From Planctomyces sp. (GTDB taxonomy: Bacteria; Planctomycetota; Planctomycetia; Planctomycetales; Planctomycetaceae), in the NCBI GenBank assembly GCA_005778115.1, contig SXKJ01000145.1, positions 13,916-77,915 on the forward strand: 64,000 nucleotides of DNA, given 5' to 3'. Made by a program: the position numbers and the translations under genes. This document shows positions 1-10,054 of this stretch, piece by piece. Numbering within the stretch: the first letter of the stretch is position 1; each line of letters starts with the position of its first letter. The notes under the pieces were generated by a model. It had not been told where the DNA came from. It ran no database searches and worked only from the letters and a program-made list of their open reading frames with translations.

Positions 1-787
<787 letters not shown>

Positions 788-796
788 TTTTTGAGC

Positions 797-862
797 GTAG
801 CCGAAGTCGTAAGACTTCGGTGCGTTTTTCCCCGATCACCGAAGTCTCACGACTTCGGCTAC
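797..862. repeat. Two tandem hairpins (CCGAAGTC-N4-GACTTCGG at 801..820 and 839..858) that together form one larger inverted repeat, GTAGCCGAAGTC...GACTTCGGCTAC
   Basis: Read directly from the sequence between the hslU stop (787) and the dgkA ATG (868). Confidence 0.8.
801..829 (+). terminator. Probable intrinsic terminator of hslU
   Basis: An 8-bp GC-rich stem, CCGAAGTC gtaa GACTTCGG, is followed by tgcgTTTTT, 14 nt after the hslU stop. Confidence 0.5.
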
Positions 863-867
863 GAAAC

Positions 868-1236
868 ATGAAAACGCGCTCGCTGTGGCACAGCTTTGAA
901 TGTGCTTTCGCCGGCCTGATCGCGGTCGTTCGTGGCGGTCGCAATGCCAAGATTCATGTCGGCGTCGCACTGGCCGTGATCGTTGTTGGATGTTGTTTGA
1001 GAATCTCTCGAACCGATTGGGCGATCCTCGTGCTGACCATCGGAGCCGTCTTCTCCGCCGAAGCCGCGAACACCGCGATTGAGAGCGTGGTCGATCTCGT
1101 CTCCCCCGAACATCACGATCTCGCGCGGCGAGCCAAAGACTGCGCGGCCGGAGCAGTCTTCGTGCTGGCGGTCGCTGCCGTTGTCGTCGGCCTCATGATC
1201 CTCGGCCCGCCACTTGCCGCCGCAATCAGGCCATGA
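868..1236 (+). CDS. dgkA: Diacylglycerol kinase family protein (DgkA-like, 122 aa)
   Basis: Internal ATG at 868 of ORF 784..1236. The translation has WHSFECAFAGL, NAKIH and SAEAANTAIESVVDLVSPEHHDLARRAKDCAAGAV, has about three TM segments, and is the typical prokaryotic DgkA size. Confidence 0.8.
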   Translation: MKTRSLWHSFECAFAGLIAVVRGGRNAKIHVGVALAVIVVGCCLRISRTDWAILVLTIGAVFSAEAANTAIESVVDLVSPEHHDLARRAKDCAAGAVFVLAVAAVVVGLMILGPPLAAAIRP

Positions 1237-1261
1237 CTCGGCTGCCAATCCTCGCTCCTTC

Positions 1262-1343
1262 CCATCCGTGCTCCGGCTTTGCCATCCATGCGAGAAAGCT
1301 ACTCGGATTTCGCGCACGGATGACAAAGCCGTGGCACGGATGG
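1262..1343. repeat. Imperfect 30-bp-arm palindrome just downstream of dgkA
   Basis: The left arm CCATCCGTGCTCCGGCTTTGCCATCCATGC (1262..1291) pairs with the right arm GCACGGATGACAAAGCCGTGGCACGGATGG (1314..1343). Confidence 0.7.
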
Positions 1344-1868
1344 AACACAGTTGTGTCCGAAACGTCATCAACTTTTCCGGCAGTTCCGATTACACAACGG
1401 TCGCACGCCGTGATCCCGTCGAAGAATCGAGAAATCTCCATTCGCAGTCCGCGAGCCACTCGGTTCGACGATACGATTTCTCGTCATTTTTATTGCTGGA
1501 ACGGTCATCATGCTCGGTGTTCCCACCTCTGCCATCTCTGCTCAAACCCGCTGCCTCGAGCATCACTTGCCGGAGGATTGTCCCAGTTCTGTCGGACTGA
1601 TTTGCCGGGAGTGCTACGCGCACTTGCAGCAAGATCCGCCACGCGGTCCCTGTCGCAGCTTCTGGGAGAGTCAGCCGGTCTTCAGCAACGGCGATTCGTG
1701 CTCGGTGTTTGCGTTGGTCTGGGACGACTTTCAGATTAGATCGTTACATCCAACCACGGCCTGGGAGGATTTGGAGCGTGACGCGCTCAATGTTTTGAGC
1801 TCTGCCAATCGACGAACAAAAAAGTGAGATAACGGCGATCGGCTCTCGGCGTTGGGCTGGATAAGGGG

Positions 1869-2663
1869 CTATCCGACCGCTAACTCTTCGTCGCGCACGT
1901 CGGTCACGAACATGCAGCCGGGGCTGTGCGTAATAACCAGCGGGGGCTTGGCGGCCATGATCGCTGCTTGGGGAGTCACGCCGCAGGCCCAAAAGACGGG
2001 AACCTCGCCGGCCTGAATTGGCACCGCATCTCCGAAATCGGGACGTGAGATGTCCGCGATGCCAATCGCTGAAGGATCGCCGATGTGGACCGGAGCGCCA
2101 TGCACCGAAGGGTAGCGCGTCGTGATCTGCACGGCTCGCACTGCATCGCTCGGAATCAGCGGCCGCATCGAAACGACCAGCGGACCATGAAACGCTCCGG
2201 CCGAGCGGCACGCGATGTTCGTTCGAAACATCGGCACGTTGACACCGAGTTCGATGTGTCGCACCGGCAGGCCGGCTCGCAGCATTGCCGACTCAAACGT
2301 GAACGAGCAGCCGATGACGAAGCTCACAAAATCGTCTTGCCAGTACGAAGGGATTTCCCTCGGCTCGTCCACCAACTTGCCGTCGCGCCAGACTCGGTAA
2401 CCTGGCAAGTCCGTTCGCAAATCTGCGTCCGGTGCGACGTGGTGAGGAACGGGATCTCCCGGCTCGGTGACATCCAGCAACGGGCACGGCTTGGGATTTC
2501 GCTGACAGAAGAGCAAGAAGTCGAACGCCAATGCTTTGGGAAGTACGACGAGATTCGCCTGAGCGAATCCGTCCGCCAGCCCGCAGGTCGGTGCGGTCCA
2601 GGCCCCGTTTCGGCAAGCGGCACGGACAGTCTTTCCCGTCACGAGTTGATTCGGATTGATCAT
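1869..2663 (-). CDS. Putative hydro-lyase, DUF1445/UPF0317 family (D-glutamate cyclase-like)
   Basis: From the internal ATG at 2663 (MINPNQL...). Motifs: [65 protein letters not shown]. Confidence 0.85.
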   Translation of the reverse strand: MINPNQLVTGKTVRAACRNGAWTAPTCGLADGFAQANLVVLPKALAFDFLLFCQRNPKPCPLLDVTEPGDPVPHHVAPDADLRTDLPGYRVWRDGKLVDEPREIPSYWQDDFVSFVIGCSFTFESAMLRAGLPVRHIELGVNVPMFRTNIACRSAGAFHGPLVVSMRPLIPSDAVRAVQITTRYPSVHGAPVHIGDPSAIGIADISRPDFGDAVPIQAGEVPVFWACGVTPQAAIMAAKPPLVITHSPGCMFVTDVRDEELAVG

Positions 2664-2789
2664 TGGTGATTGGCTATTAGCTGTTGGTGATTTGAAATCT
2701 GAGATCTGACATCTCAAAGTCCGGTTTCGATTCGACAGAGGGTTCTATCTCCAACGATCAATAGCCAATAGCCAATGACCAATCACCCA
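2662..2789. promoter_or_regulatory. Divergent intergenic region built from an inverted repeat (GGTGATTGGCTATTAGC / CAATAGCCAATGACCAATCACC) that flanks an AAATCT[CG]A heptamer-type repeat
   Basis: Read from the sequence. The right arm contains the MOSC start codon (ATGACCAATCACC). The heptamer-type motif GATTTGAAATCTGAGATCTGACATCTCAAAG (2689..2719) recurs at 45507..45540. Confidence 0.5.
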
Positions 2790-3245
2790 TCTGTTTCCGC
2801 TGCCCGCGTCGAATGGATCGGAATCAGCCCCGGCAATCGACAACCCATTAAATCGCGTGACGAAGTGGCCGTCGCTGTCGGCACGGGCGTTGACGGCGAC
2901 TATCACTCAAAGAAGAAGCCAGGGGGCAAGCGACAAGTGACGCTGATTCAAGCGGAGCACTTCGCCGTGATCGCGGCCAACGCCGGACGAGATTCTGTCA
3001 CTCCAGAGTTATTCCGCCGCAACATTGTTGTCAGTGGCATCGAACTGGCTCCGCTGATCGGCCGCCGCTTCCGCATCGGGGAAGCGCTGCTCGAAGGGAC
3101 TGGTCCCTGCACTCCCTGTTCGCGAATGGATGAAAACCTTGGCGAGGGGGGCCGACTCGCCATGTCGGGGCTGGGAGGACTGACGACAATCGTGATCGAA
3201 CCGGGACGCATCCGCCGGGGTGATCCCATCACGATTGCGGAGTGA
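2775..3245 (+). CDS. MOSC domain-containing protein
   Basis: Translation has GDYHS, RQVTLIQAEH, FRRNIVVSG, RFRIGEALLEGTGPCTPCSRMDE and GGLTTIVIEPGRIRRGDPI, including the conserved MOSC Cys motif. Confidence 0.8.
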   Translation: MTNHPSVSAARVEWIGISPGNRQPIKSRDEVAVAVGTGVDGDYHSKKKPGGKRQVTLIQAEHFAVIAANAGRDSVTPELFRRNIVVSGIELAPLIGRRFRIGEALLEGTGPCTPCSRMDENLGEGGRLAMSGLGGLTTIVIEPGRIRRGDPITIAE

Positions 3246-4806
3246 ATCGTGACCAGCCGATCGCTCGCTGCAACTGAAACTGAGCGACGTTGTAGTCGTT
3301 GACCGCTCGCAGATATTCCCGGCGGGCTTGAGCGAGTGCTTGCAGTGATTGCAGCGTCTCCAATGGCAGGCCCTGAGCGTTGCGAATGCGTTCCGAGTTT
3401 CGTTCAAACGAACTGGCCGCCGCGTGAATACCTTCCTTGGCCACGCTGATTTGCCGCTGACGGGCCGCGACTTGAGTGTGTGCCTCGACCACTTCCCGCG
3501 CGATCCGATCAAGCGTTGCGATCTCGCGCCAACGAGCTTGATTCACACGCGAGGTCGCTTCCGCTCGCGCGGCTTTCTCACCCAGGCCGAGGTTGCGGAC
3601 TTCCCAGTAGGCTACGGCATCGACATCTAATCGCTGATCAGGGCGTCGAAAGTTGTCGCCCAGGCCCCCTCCAAATCCGCCGTAGCTGACTCCTAGCAAA
3701 ACACTCGGCAACAGCGGTGCGTGTTGTTCTCGCTTCAATCGCGCGCATGCTTCGGCGACGAACTGCTGTTGCTCACAAATCTCCGCGCGGTGCGATAAGC
3801 CCTCCGCCACCAGTTCCTGGATCGAACCGCCCGGACTTTGGAGCGACATCGGGACGACGGTCGTTTCGGTCGGCAGCAGTTCCACAGTCGGGTCGATGTG
3901 CAGTAACTGCGCGAGCCGTGCCGACGCGACTTGTACCGCCTCTTCTGCTCGAACGGAGTCATTGCGTCGCACCGAGAGTTCCGCGCGAGCGCGGTCGTAG
4001 TCGGCGACGAGTCCCTGGCCGAGGTCGGCGTAGGCTTTGGTCACCTCGGCCAACTTGTTCGCATGACGTTCAATCTCACGAGCGATCGCCAACTCCTGAT
4101 TGGCTCGCAAGAGTTCCAGGTACGCGACCGCGGCGGCGAGCATCGTGTCTTGCTCGGCCACCGTGGCGGAATACTGGCGCGAGGCGGCGGCGTGCTCGGT
4201 GATGTTCGGTTGATGAATCGCATCCGCCAAATGAAACGAGGCCAGGATCCCCGGCACGGCGGGCGAACCGGCTCCGACCGCGCTGGCTCCGAGACCAGCG
4301 AAGCCCGCGTTCCGACTGGTACTGAAGATGTCCCCCTCGACGTTTTGAATTCGGCCTTCATGCTTATTCCAGTTGGCACCGGCTCTGATCGACGGCAGCC
4401 ACAATGCTTCGGCCCGCGCGTGCTGCGCGTAGGCTTCATTGATCCGCTCGCGAGCAAACGCGACGTTGGGATTCTGGCCGGCCGCAAGCTGCATCGCAGA
4501 AGCGAGGTCGATGGCGAATCCGGTTGGCGAAGTCGGCACCTCCCCATTCTTGGCATTCGCTGACTGATCTGCGCTTGGCTTGGCAGGAACCTCCAAATCC
4601 ATCGTAAACGAAGAGGGCTGAATGATGTTGGATGACTCGGAAGTGTCGGCGCTAGAAACATGAAGCTTGCCGTTCGCCGGCTGGCTGGCCACCGGATGCG
4701 GAACGATCTGACGAACCTCGGCGGTGGGCGCGGTCGCGCAGCCGCCGACAATGGCCAGCAGACCACAGCCACTCGCGAAGCCAAGTTGTCGCAGCACGGC
4801 GAACAC
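3229..4806 (-). CDS. Outer-membrane efflux protein (TolC/OEP family), lipoprotein-type signal
   Basis: GTG start. There is a lipobox-like LLAIVGGC, two OEP-like helical repeats (e.g. LPSIRAGANW, RAELSVRRND, LLPSVLLGVSYGGFGGG) and an RREYLRAVNDYNVAQFQLQRAIG end. It is the last gene of the RND operon. Confidence 0.85.
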   Translation of the reverse strand: MFAVLRQLGFASGCGLLAIVGGCATAPTAEVRQIVPHPVASQPANGKLHVSSADTSESSNIIQPSSFTMDLEVPAKPSADQSANAKNGEVPTSPTGFAIDLASAMQLAAGQNPNVAFARERINEAYAQHARAEALWLPSIRAGANWNKHEGRIQNVEGDIFSTSRNAGFAGLGASAVGAGSPAVPGILASFHLADAIHQPNITEHAAASRQYSATVAEQDTMLAAAVAYLELLRANQELAIAREIERHANKLAEVTKAYADLGQGLVADYDRARAELSVRRNDSVRAEEAVQVASARLAQLLHIDPTVELLPTETTVVPMSLQSPGGSIQELVAEGLSHRAEICEQQQFVAEACARLKREQHAPLLPSVLLGVSYGGFGGGLGDNFRRPDQRLDVDAVAYWEVRNLGLGEKAARAEATSRVNQARWREIATLDRIAREVVEAHTQVAARQRQISVAKEGIHAAASSFERNSERIRNAQGLPLETLQSLQALAQARREYLRAVNDYNVAQFQLQRAIGWSRFTPQS

Positions 4807-5088
4807 GAATCAGCGCCCTCCTTGACGCGGCGGCAACTTCTGCCGTTGCCGAGCACGGAAACAGCTCCGCAAACGACACGACGTAACGCCGCGAGTTCGG
4901 AATCGGCAAGGTGGGGCGACCTTATCCACGATTCCGACAGCTCGGAGGAATCATGTGGCAATAGTCGTGTCTGTCACGTAAGCCGGGCCGACTTGTCAGC
5001 TACCGTTGAGTTTGCGGTCTACAGCCGATTTCTTTGCCAAAAAGCTGCGGCAAAGGAATGGAGCCAGAGGAATGATCCTCAGCGGCGA

Positions 5089-6450
5089 CTACTTGGCGAC
5101 GATGACTTCGACCGCTTGACCTTCTTTGTAAGCGGTGAGATTTGCGCCGATCAGCAACTCGTCGCCGGTCAGGCCGGAGAGGATTTCGATGTCGGTGCCG
5201 GTGGACGTGACCGCAACGATGCCGGTCTTGATTGGAAGTTCCTTGATCTTGTTGTCGGAGGAGATGCTCAAACAGAACGACTTGCCATCTCGCTTGAGAA
5301 TCGCCGACTTTGGCAACGACAGCGCGTCGTCTCGGCGAGCGACTTCGATCTCAGCGGTGGCGTACATGCCGGGACGTAAGCGGCCGTTGGGATTGGGGAC
5401 GTCGATCTCGGTGCGAAGCGTGCGTGAACTCGTTTGCAACGTCCACGCAGTGCGAGCCACTTTTCCCGTGAACGACTCGGACAGCGACGGAACTTTGATC
5501 TTGGCCGGGCTGTCCACTGCGATGGCGGCGGCGTCGGACTCCGGGACGTCCAGGAAGATGCGAACGATGTCCGCTTGGACGATAACGAAGAGCGGTTTTC
5601 CAGAAGTCCCGCTGGGCTGCACGAGATGCCCCACATCGAGATTCCGCTCAGTGATGACGCCGCTAAACGGTGCTCGCAGCGTGGCATAGCTTAGCAACGC
5701 CCGCGTCTTGTCTTCCTCGGCCTGAGCCACCTTGTGTTTCGATTGAGCGGCGACGACATCGGCCTCTGCCTTCTCGATGTTGGCGTCCGATTCGCTGAGC
5801 TTGGCCTGAGCCGATTTGATCTTGGCCGCGACCTCGCGCCGCGCCGCATCGGCGGCTTTGAATTGTTGCTCGGTCTCATCGGCGACCTTCTGAGCGACCG
5901 CTTGTTTGGCGACGAGTTCGCGGACCCGTTCAAACTCGGACTTCCAGCGTTCATACATCGCGTCGGCACGATCGACCGAAGCACGAGCTTCCGCAACCAG
6001 CGCTTCGGCCGACTTCTTCGCTGACATCGCGACTTTGATCCCCGCTTCCGCTTGCGTGACCTCGGCCGCCGCCTGGGCGACGAGCGCTTGTTTCTGTTTC
6101 AACTCGGCATCGAGTTCCGGCATCTCCAATTCGGCGAGAACCTGTCCCGGCTGCTCCGGCTGATCGGTACTGATTCGCAACGGCCCCGCGACTTTGTCGC
6201 CGATATCGACATGCACCTTCTTCACGAACCCAGCCAGCTTGGCGTGGATCGCCGTCTGTTCGAACGCCTCGATCTGCCCGGGCTGCTCGGTAACGCGGAC
6301 CAACGTCTTCGGAACCGCCTTGATCGGAGTGACTCGCATCACGACGTGGGCAGATTCAGCGGCGGGCATCGTCGAAGTCGTGTCAGTTTTTCCGCAGCCG
6401 GTGCAGGCGGTCGTCGCGGTAAGCAGAGTGACTGAGAGGATCGTTCGCAT
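5089..6450 (-). CDS. Efflux RND periplasmic adaptor subunit (HlyD/MFP family)
   Basis: Internal ATG at 6450 gives MRTILSVTLLTATTACTGC (lipobox). There is a long Ala/Glu/Lys coiled-coil hairpin, followed by YATLRAPFSGVITERNLDVGHLV and a beta-barrel/MPD-like C-terminus. Confidence 0.85.
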   Translation of the reverse strand: MRTILSVTLLTATTACTGCGKTDTTSTMPAAESAHVVMRVTPIKAVPKTLVRVTEQPGQIEAFEQTAIHAKLAGFVKKVHVDIGDKVAGPLRISTDQPEQPGQVLAELEMPELDAELKQKQALVAQAAAEVTQAEAGIKVAMSAKKSAEALVAEARASVDRADAMYERWKSEFERVRELVAKQAVAQKVADETEQQFKAADAARREVAAKIKSAQAKLSESDANIEKAEADVVAAQSKHKVAQAEEDKTRALLSYATLRAPFSGVITERNLDVGHLVQPSGTSGKPLFVIVQADIVRIFLDVPESDAAAIAVDSPAKIKVPSLSESFTGKVARTAWTLQTSSRTLRTEIDVPNPNGRLRPGMYATAEIEVARRDDALSLPKSAILKRDGKSFCLSISSDNKIKELPIKTGIVAVTSTGTDIEILSGLTGDELLIGANLTAYKEGQAVEVIVAK

Positions 6451-6520
6451 GATTTTCTCTTGTGTGGCGGAGCGTTCCGCATCCAACTGACGCGAGACGC
6501 GTCGTTCACGGAATTGGCAG

Positions 6521-9500
6521 TTAGATGTCGGAATGAAAAGCGCTCTCCGGGTCTTCGGGATCGAGAGAGGCGGACTTAGTCGTGGCACGCGATTGAACGA
6601 TCGCGAAGATGGCGGGCAGGATCAGCAATGTTGCGAACGTGGCGGCCAGTAGACCACCCATCACGGCTCGGCCGAGCGGTGCGGTTTGCTGGCCGGATTC
6701 GCCGAGGCCCAAGGCCAGTGGCAACATGCCGGCGAGCATGGCGGCGCTGGTCATCGTGATCGCTCGCAAGCGGCTGGTCGCGCCGTACACAGCGGCGATG
6801 TGGGACGGGCACTCTTGCCCGTCAGTCCCATCTTCGGGTCGGGCAAGAGTGCCCGACCTACGGCGTTCCTCGGCGAACGTCACCAACAGAATCGCATTGG
6901 CCATCGCGACGCCGAGACTCATGATCGCGCCGATGAAGCTTTGGATGTTGAGCGTGCTGCCGGTCAGCAGCAGCGATAGCGCGACACCGGTGATCACGGC
7001 CGGCGCGGTTGAGACCGTGATGAACGCCAGTCGCCACGACTGAAAGTTGGCGGACAACATCAGGAAGATCACGAGCACCGCCAGCAGCAGTCCGATGCCC
7101 AGTCCATTCATGATCGAGTTCAGCGGGGGGATTTGGCCGCGTAGTTCGTGTGAAATGGTGGGGGGCTTCGGCGGGTCGGGCTTGTCAGCGGCTTTCGCGG
7201 CGGCGACCGCTTCGGCGTGAGATTTCGCTTTGGCGTCCGCGTCTTGTTTGGCGACGGCGTCCAGGGCTTGCCTGATTTGTTGCGAGACCGCGCCGATATC
7301 AGCTCCGGCGATGTTCGCGGTGAGGCTGAGTTCACGTTTCATGTTGTAACGGTCATATTCGCCGGGCGCGACCGCGTTCGTGAGCGACGCGACATCACGC
7401 AGCAACAGCGGTTGCCCCGCATGACTTCCACTGCCCCGTTGGATCGGAACTGCTCCGAGATCTTCGACACTGTCGAGCTGCCGCTGGGGAATCTCAACCT
7501 GCACTTGATAGCCGATGCCGGTCTTCGGATCGGGCCAGTAGTTCGGGACGACGAAGCGGCTCGACGATGTCGCAGTCACGACCGAGCGGGTGACGTTCGA
7601 CATCGTCGTGCCGCTCATCCCGGCTTTCTCGCGATCGACTTTGATCTCGACGGTCGGATAGTCGAGCGATTGTGCGACCTGCATGTCTCGGATCGCGGGG
7701 AGTTTCGTCAGCGCGGCTTGAACTTTGCCGATGTACTCGCGGTTCTCGTCAAGATTGCCGCCACGAGCGGCGATCTCGATCGGCGTGGCCGAGCCGAAGC
7801 TCATGACTTCGCTGATGATGTCGGCCGGCTCGAACGAGAACCGCACGTCGGGAAAACGATTGCGGAACTCGGCGCGAATTTCTTCTTTCATTGCTTCCGT
7901 GCTGATCCCGGAATCGGGTTTGAGGGCGATTCGCAGTAATCCTTCCTCCGGCCCACGCGAGAAGTGATAGACCGAATTGATTGGAAAGCTCGCCGGTACG
8001 GTGCCGATGTAGCCGAGCGTCAACCCGACGTTGTTCTCGCCGACTTTTTGTTTGACCGTGTCGAGGATCTTCAGCGCGATCTGCTCAGTCGTGTCGATAT
8101 GCGTGCCATCGGGAGCCCGGAATCGCAAACGGAATTCGCCAGCATCGACGGTGGGAAAGATCTCGATGCCGAGTTGGCCGCTCGCCCAGAAGAGGGTTGC
8201 ACCGCAGGCGACGAGGTAAGCCGGAACGATAAGCCAACGCAGGCGAACAGAGGCAACGACAAAGCGGGAGAACCAACCGTTTGCTGGCGAGCCGGAGGGC
8301 GTTAGCCCCCGGACAATCTGCAACGTCCGGGGGCTAACGCCCTCCGGCTCACCAAGTCGGCTTTCATTCGACGAGCTGCGCAATAGCCACGTCGAGACCA
8401 CCGGCACGAAGGTGCTCGACAGGATGTAGGAGGCGATCATCGAGAAACCAACCGCGAGCGACAGCGGGACGAAGAGTTCGCGAGCAGCTCCCTGCATGAA
8501 GAAGCTCGGTACAAAGACCGCCAGGATGCAAAGCATCGCCAGCAATCGCGGGATCGCGGTTTGAGCGTTGCCCATCCGCACGGCCCAGGCGATTGAGTTC
8601 ACACGCCGCATCTGCGTGTGGATGTTTTCGATTTCCACCGTCGCTTCATCGACCAAGATGCCGACCGCCAGGGCGAGTCCGCCGAGGGTCATCAGGTTGA
8701 TCGTCTGACCGCACAGCCACAGGCCCACGATCGACGCGGCGATCGCCAGCGGGATATTGAGCACGACGACCAACGCGCTCCGCCAGTCGCGCAGGAACAC
8801 CAACACCATCAGGCCAGTGAGGATCGCCCCCAGGACTCCTTCGGTCGCAAGGCTGTTGATCGCGCGTGTGACATACGGTGACTGATCGAACTCGAACGAG
8901 ACGTTGATGTCCGGCGGAACTTCGGCGCGGAACTTCGGCATCGCCCCTTTGATTTCGTCGATAACGCTCATAGTGGAAGCGTCGGCTCGCTTGGTCGCGA
9001 GGATGTAAACCGCTCGGCGGCCGTTGACGAGCGAGTAGCCAGCCGTGATGTCGGCGGCGTCTTCGATGACACCGATGTCGCGCAGATAGACGGTGCTCGC
9101 GCTGCCGATCGAGGAGGCTCCACCAGTTGGTCCGCCTCCCGTACCGACTTTGATCGGGATGTTGCCCAGCTCGCGAATGTCTTTGACCATCGCGTTGGTC
9201 GGGACCATCGGATAGCTGTCACCGATCTTCAGATTGCCCGACGGGCTGACGGCATTTCCAGCCACGAGCGCACTGACGACGTCATCCGGTGCGATGCCAT
9301 ACGCTCGCAAGCGATCTGGGTCGGTCCTCACGACGATGCTGCGTGCGCTCCCGCCGAAGGGGGGCGGAGCGCTCACACCAGGGAGCGCCGAAAACATCGG
9401 CCGCACTTTCATCAGCGCCATGTCGGAGATTTCGGCAATCGTGCGAGTCTCAGACGAAAAGACCAGATAGCCGACCGGCACGCTGCCAGTGTCGAACCGC

Positions 9501-9940
9501 ATGACGAACGGCGGAACGGTGCCGGGAGGCATCATGGCTCGCGAGCGATTGACGTAATTGATCGTCTCGGCCATCGCCTGAGCCATGTTCGTCCCCGGAT
9601 GGAACATGAGCTTCATCAACGCTGTTCCTTGAACGTTGCGGCTCTCGACGTGATGGATGCCGTTGATGTAAAGAAAATGGTACTCGTAGTAATTGGTCAG
9701 CAACCCTTCCATCTGAGCCGGGTCCATGCCGCCATACGGCTGGCAGACGTAAATCACCGGCAGGTTGAGCGCCGGGAAGATGTCGATGGGCATCCGCTTG
9801 AGCGGCAATTCGATGCCGACCTTCGCCAGCGCGGAATCAAACGCCTTCGGCCGCACGGCAACGAACGCCGTCAGCAGGACAGCAATGATCCCGACCATCA
9901 CGGTGATTGGGCGACGCAGAGCAAAAATAATCGGGTTCAT
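6521..9940 (-). CDS. Efflux RND transporter permease (AcrB/CzcA superfamily), 1139 aa, carrying two in-frame palindromic insertions
   Basis: Internal ATG at 9940 gives MNPIIFALRRPITVMVGIIAVLL. The protein has a 12-TM RND layout, DQSPYVTRAINSLATEGVLGAILTGLMVLVFLRDWRSALVV, and TMTSAAMLAGMLPLALGLGESG near the C-terminus. The ORF track extends the ORF to 10162, but that extension looks non-coding. Confidence 0.9.
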   Translation of the reverse strand: MNPIIFALRRPITVMVGIIAVLLTAFVAVRPKAFDSALAKVGIELPLKRMPIDIFPALNLPVIYVCQPYGGMDPAQMEGLLTNYYEYHFLYINGIHHVESRNVQGTALMKLMFHPGTNMAQAMAETINYVNRSRAMMPPGTVPPFVMRFDTGSVPVGYLVFSSETRTIAEISDMALMKVRPMFSALPGVSAPPPFGGSARSIVVRTDPDRLRAYGIAPDDVVSALVAGNAVSPSGNLKIGDSYPMVPTNAMVKDIRELGNIPIKVGTGGGPTGGASSIGSASTVYLRDIGVIEDAADITAGYSLVNGRRAVYILATKRADASTMSVIDEIKGAMPKFRAEVPPDINVSFEFDQSPYVTRAINSLATEGVLGAILTGLMVLVFLRDWRSALVVVLNIPLAIAASIVGLWLCGQTINLMTLGGLALAVGILVDEATVEIENIHTQMRRVNSIAWAVRMGNAQTAIPRLLAMLCILAVFVPSFFMQGAARELFVPLSLAVGFSMIASYILSSTFVPVVSTWLLRSSSNESRLGEPEGVSPRTLQIVRGLTPSGSPANGWFSRFVVASVRLRWLIVPAYLVACGATLFWASGQLGIEIFPTVDAGEFRLRFRAPDGTHIDTTEQIALKILDTVKQKVGENNVGLTLGYIGTVPASFPINSVYHFSRGPEEGLLRIALKPDSGISTEAMKEEIRAEFRNRFPDVRFSFEPADIISEVMSFGSATPIEIAARGGNLDENREYIGKVQAALTKLPAIRDMQVAQSLDYPTVEIKVDREKAGMSGTTMSNVTRSVVTATSSSRFVVPNYWPDPKTGIGYQVQVEIPQRQLDSVEDLGAVPIQRGSGSHAGQPLLLRDVASLTNAVAPGEYDRYNMKRELSLTANIAGADIGAVSQQIRQALDAVAKQDADAKAKSHAEAVAAAKAADKPDPPKPPTISHELRGQIPPLNSIMNGLGIGLLLAVLVIFLMLSANFQSWRLAFITVSTAPAVITGVALSLLLTGSTLNIQSFIGAIMSLGVAMANAILLVTFAEERRRSGTLARPEDGTDGQECPSHIAAVYGATSRLRAITMTSAAMLAGMLPLALGLGESGQQTAPLGRAVMGGLLAATFATLLILPAIFAIVQSRATTKSASLDPEDPESAFHSDI
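6801..6862. repeat. Double-hairpin palindrome (GACGGGCActctTGCCCGTC ... GTCGGGCAagagTGCCCGAC-CTAC) inside the RND pump CDS
   Basis: Read from the sequence. On the coding (minus) strand it reads GTAGGTCGGGCA..., which matches the GTAGGTC-hairpin family. It encodes ...TLARPEDGTDGQECPS... in the pump. Confidence 0.75.
8286..8353. repeat. 28-bp-arm palindrome inside the RND pump CDS; sister copy of the intergenic element at 38956..39026
   Basis: GGCGAGCCGGAGGGCGTTAGCCCCCGGA (8286..8313) pairs with TCCGGGGGCTAACGCCCTCCGGCTCACC (8326..8353). It encodes ...GEPEGVSPRTLQIVRGLTPSGSP... in frame. Confidence 0.85.
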
Positions 9941-10054
9941 GCGGCGTATCGGAATGAAACGACGGGCCAACATCAAGCTGGAAATCTTATCGGACTTGCG
10001 GTCGCGAACAGATTCGTGACCATATTGGGAACAACCCAAACCGAGGCGTCCCAC

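Noticed and set aside
1455-1480. A GGTTCGA motif reminiscent of a tRNA T-loop, in the 630-bp gene-poor region after dgkA.
   Set aside because: The flanks cannot form a T-stem or an acceptor stem, and I could not fold a cloverleaf. I saw no tRNA, rRNA, tmRNA, RNase P or SRP RNA signatures in any intergenic region.
1233-1827. ORFs in the 1237..1868 gap. One of them is a 105-aa Cys-rich ORF at 1510..1827 (CLEHHLPEDCPSSVGLICRECYAHL).
   Set aside because: I recognised no family, there is no clear ribosome-binding site, and overlapping alternative ORFs exist in other frames. The 1510..1827 ORF has acceptable codon usage and might be real, but I cannot support calling it.
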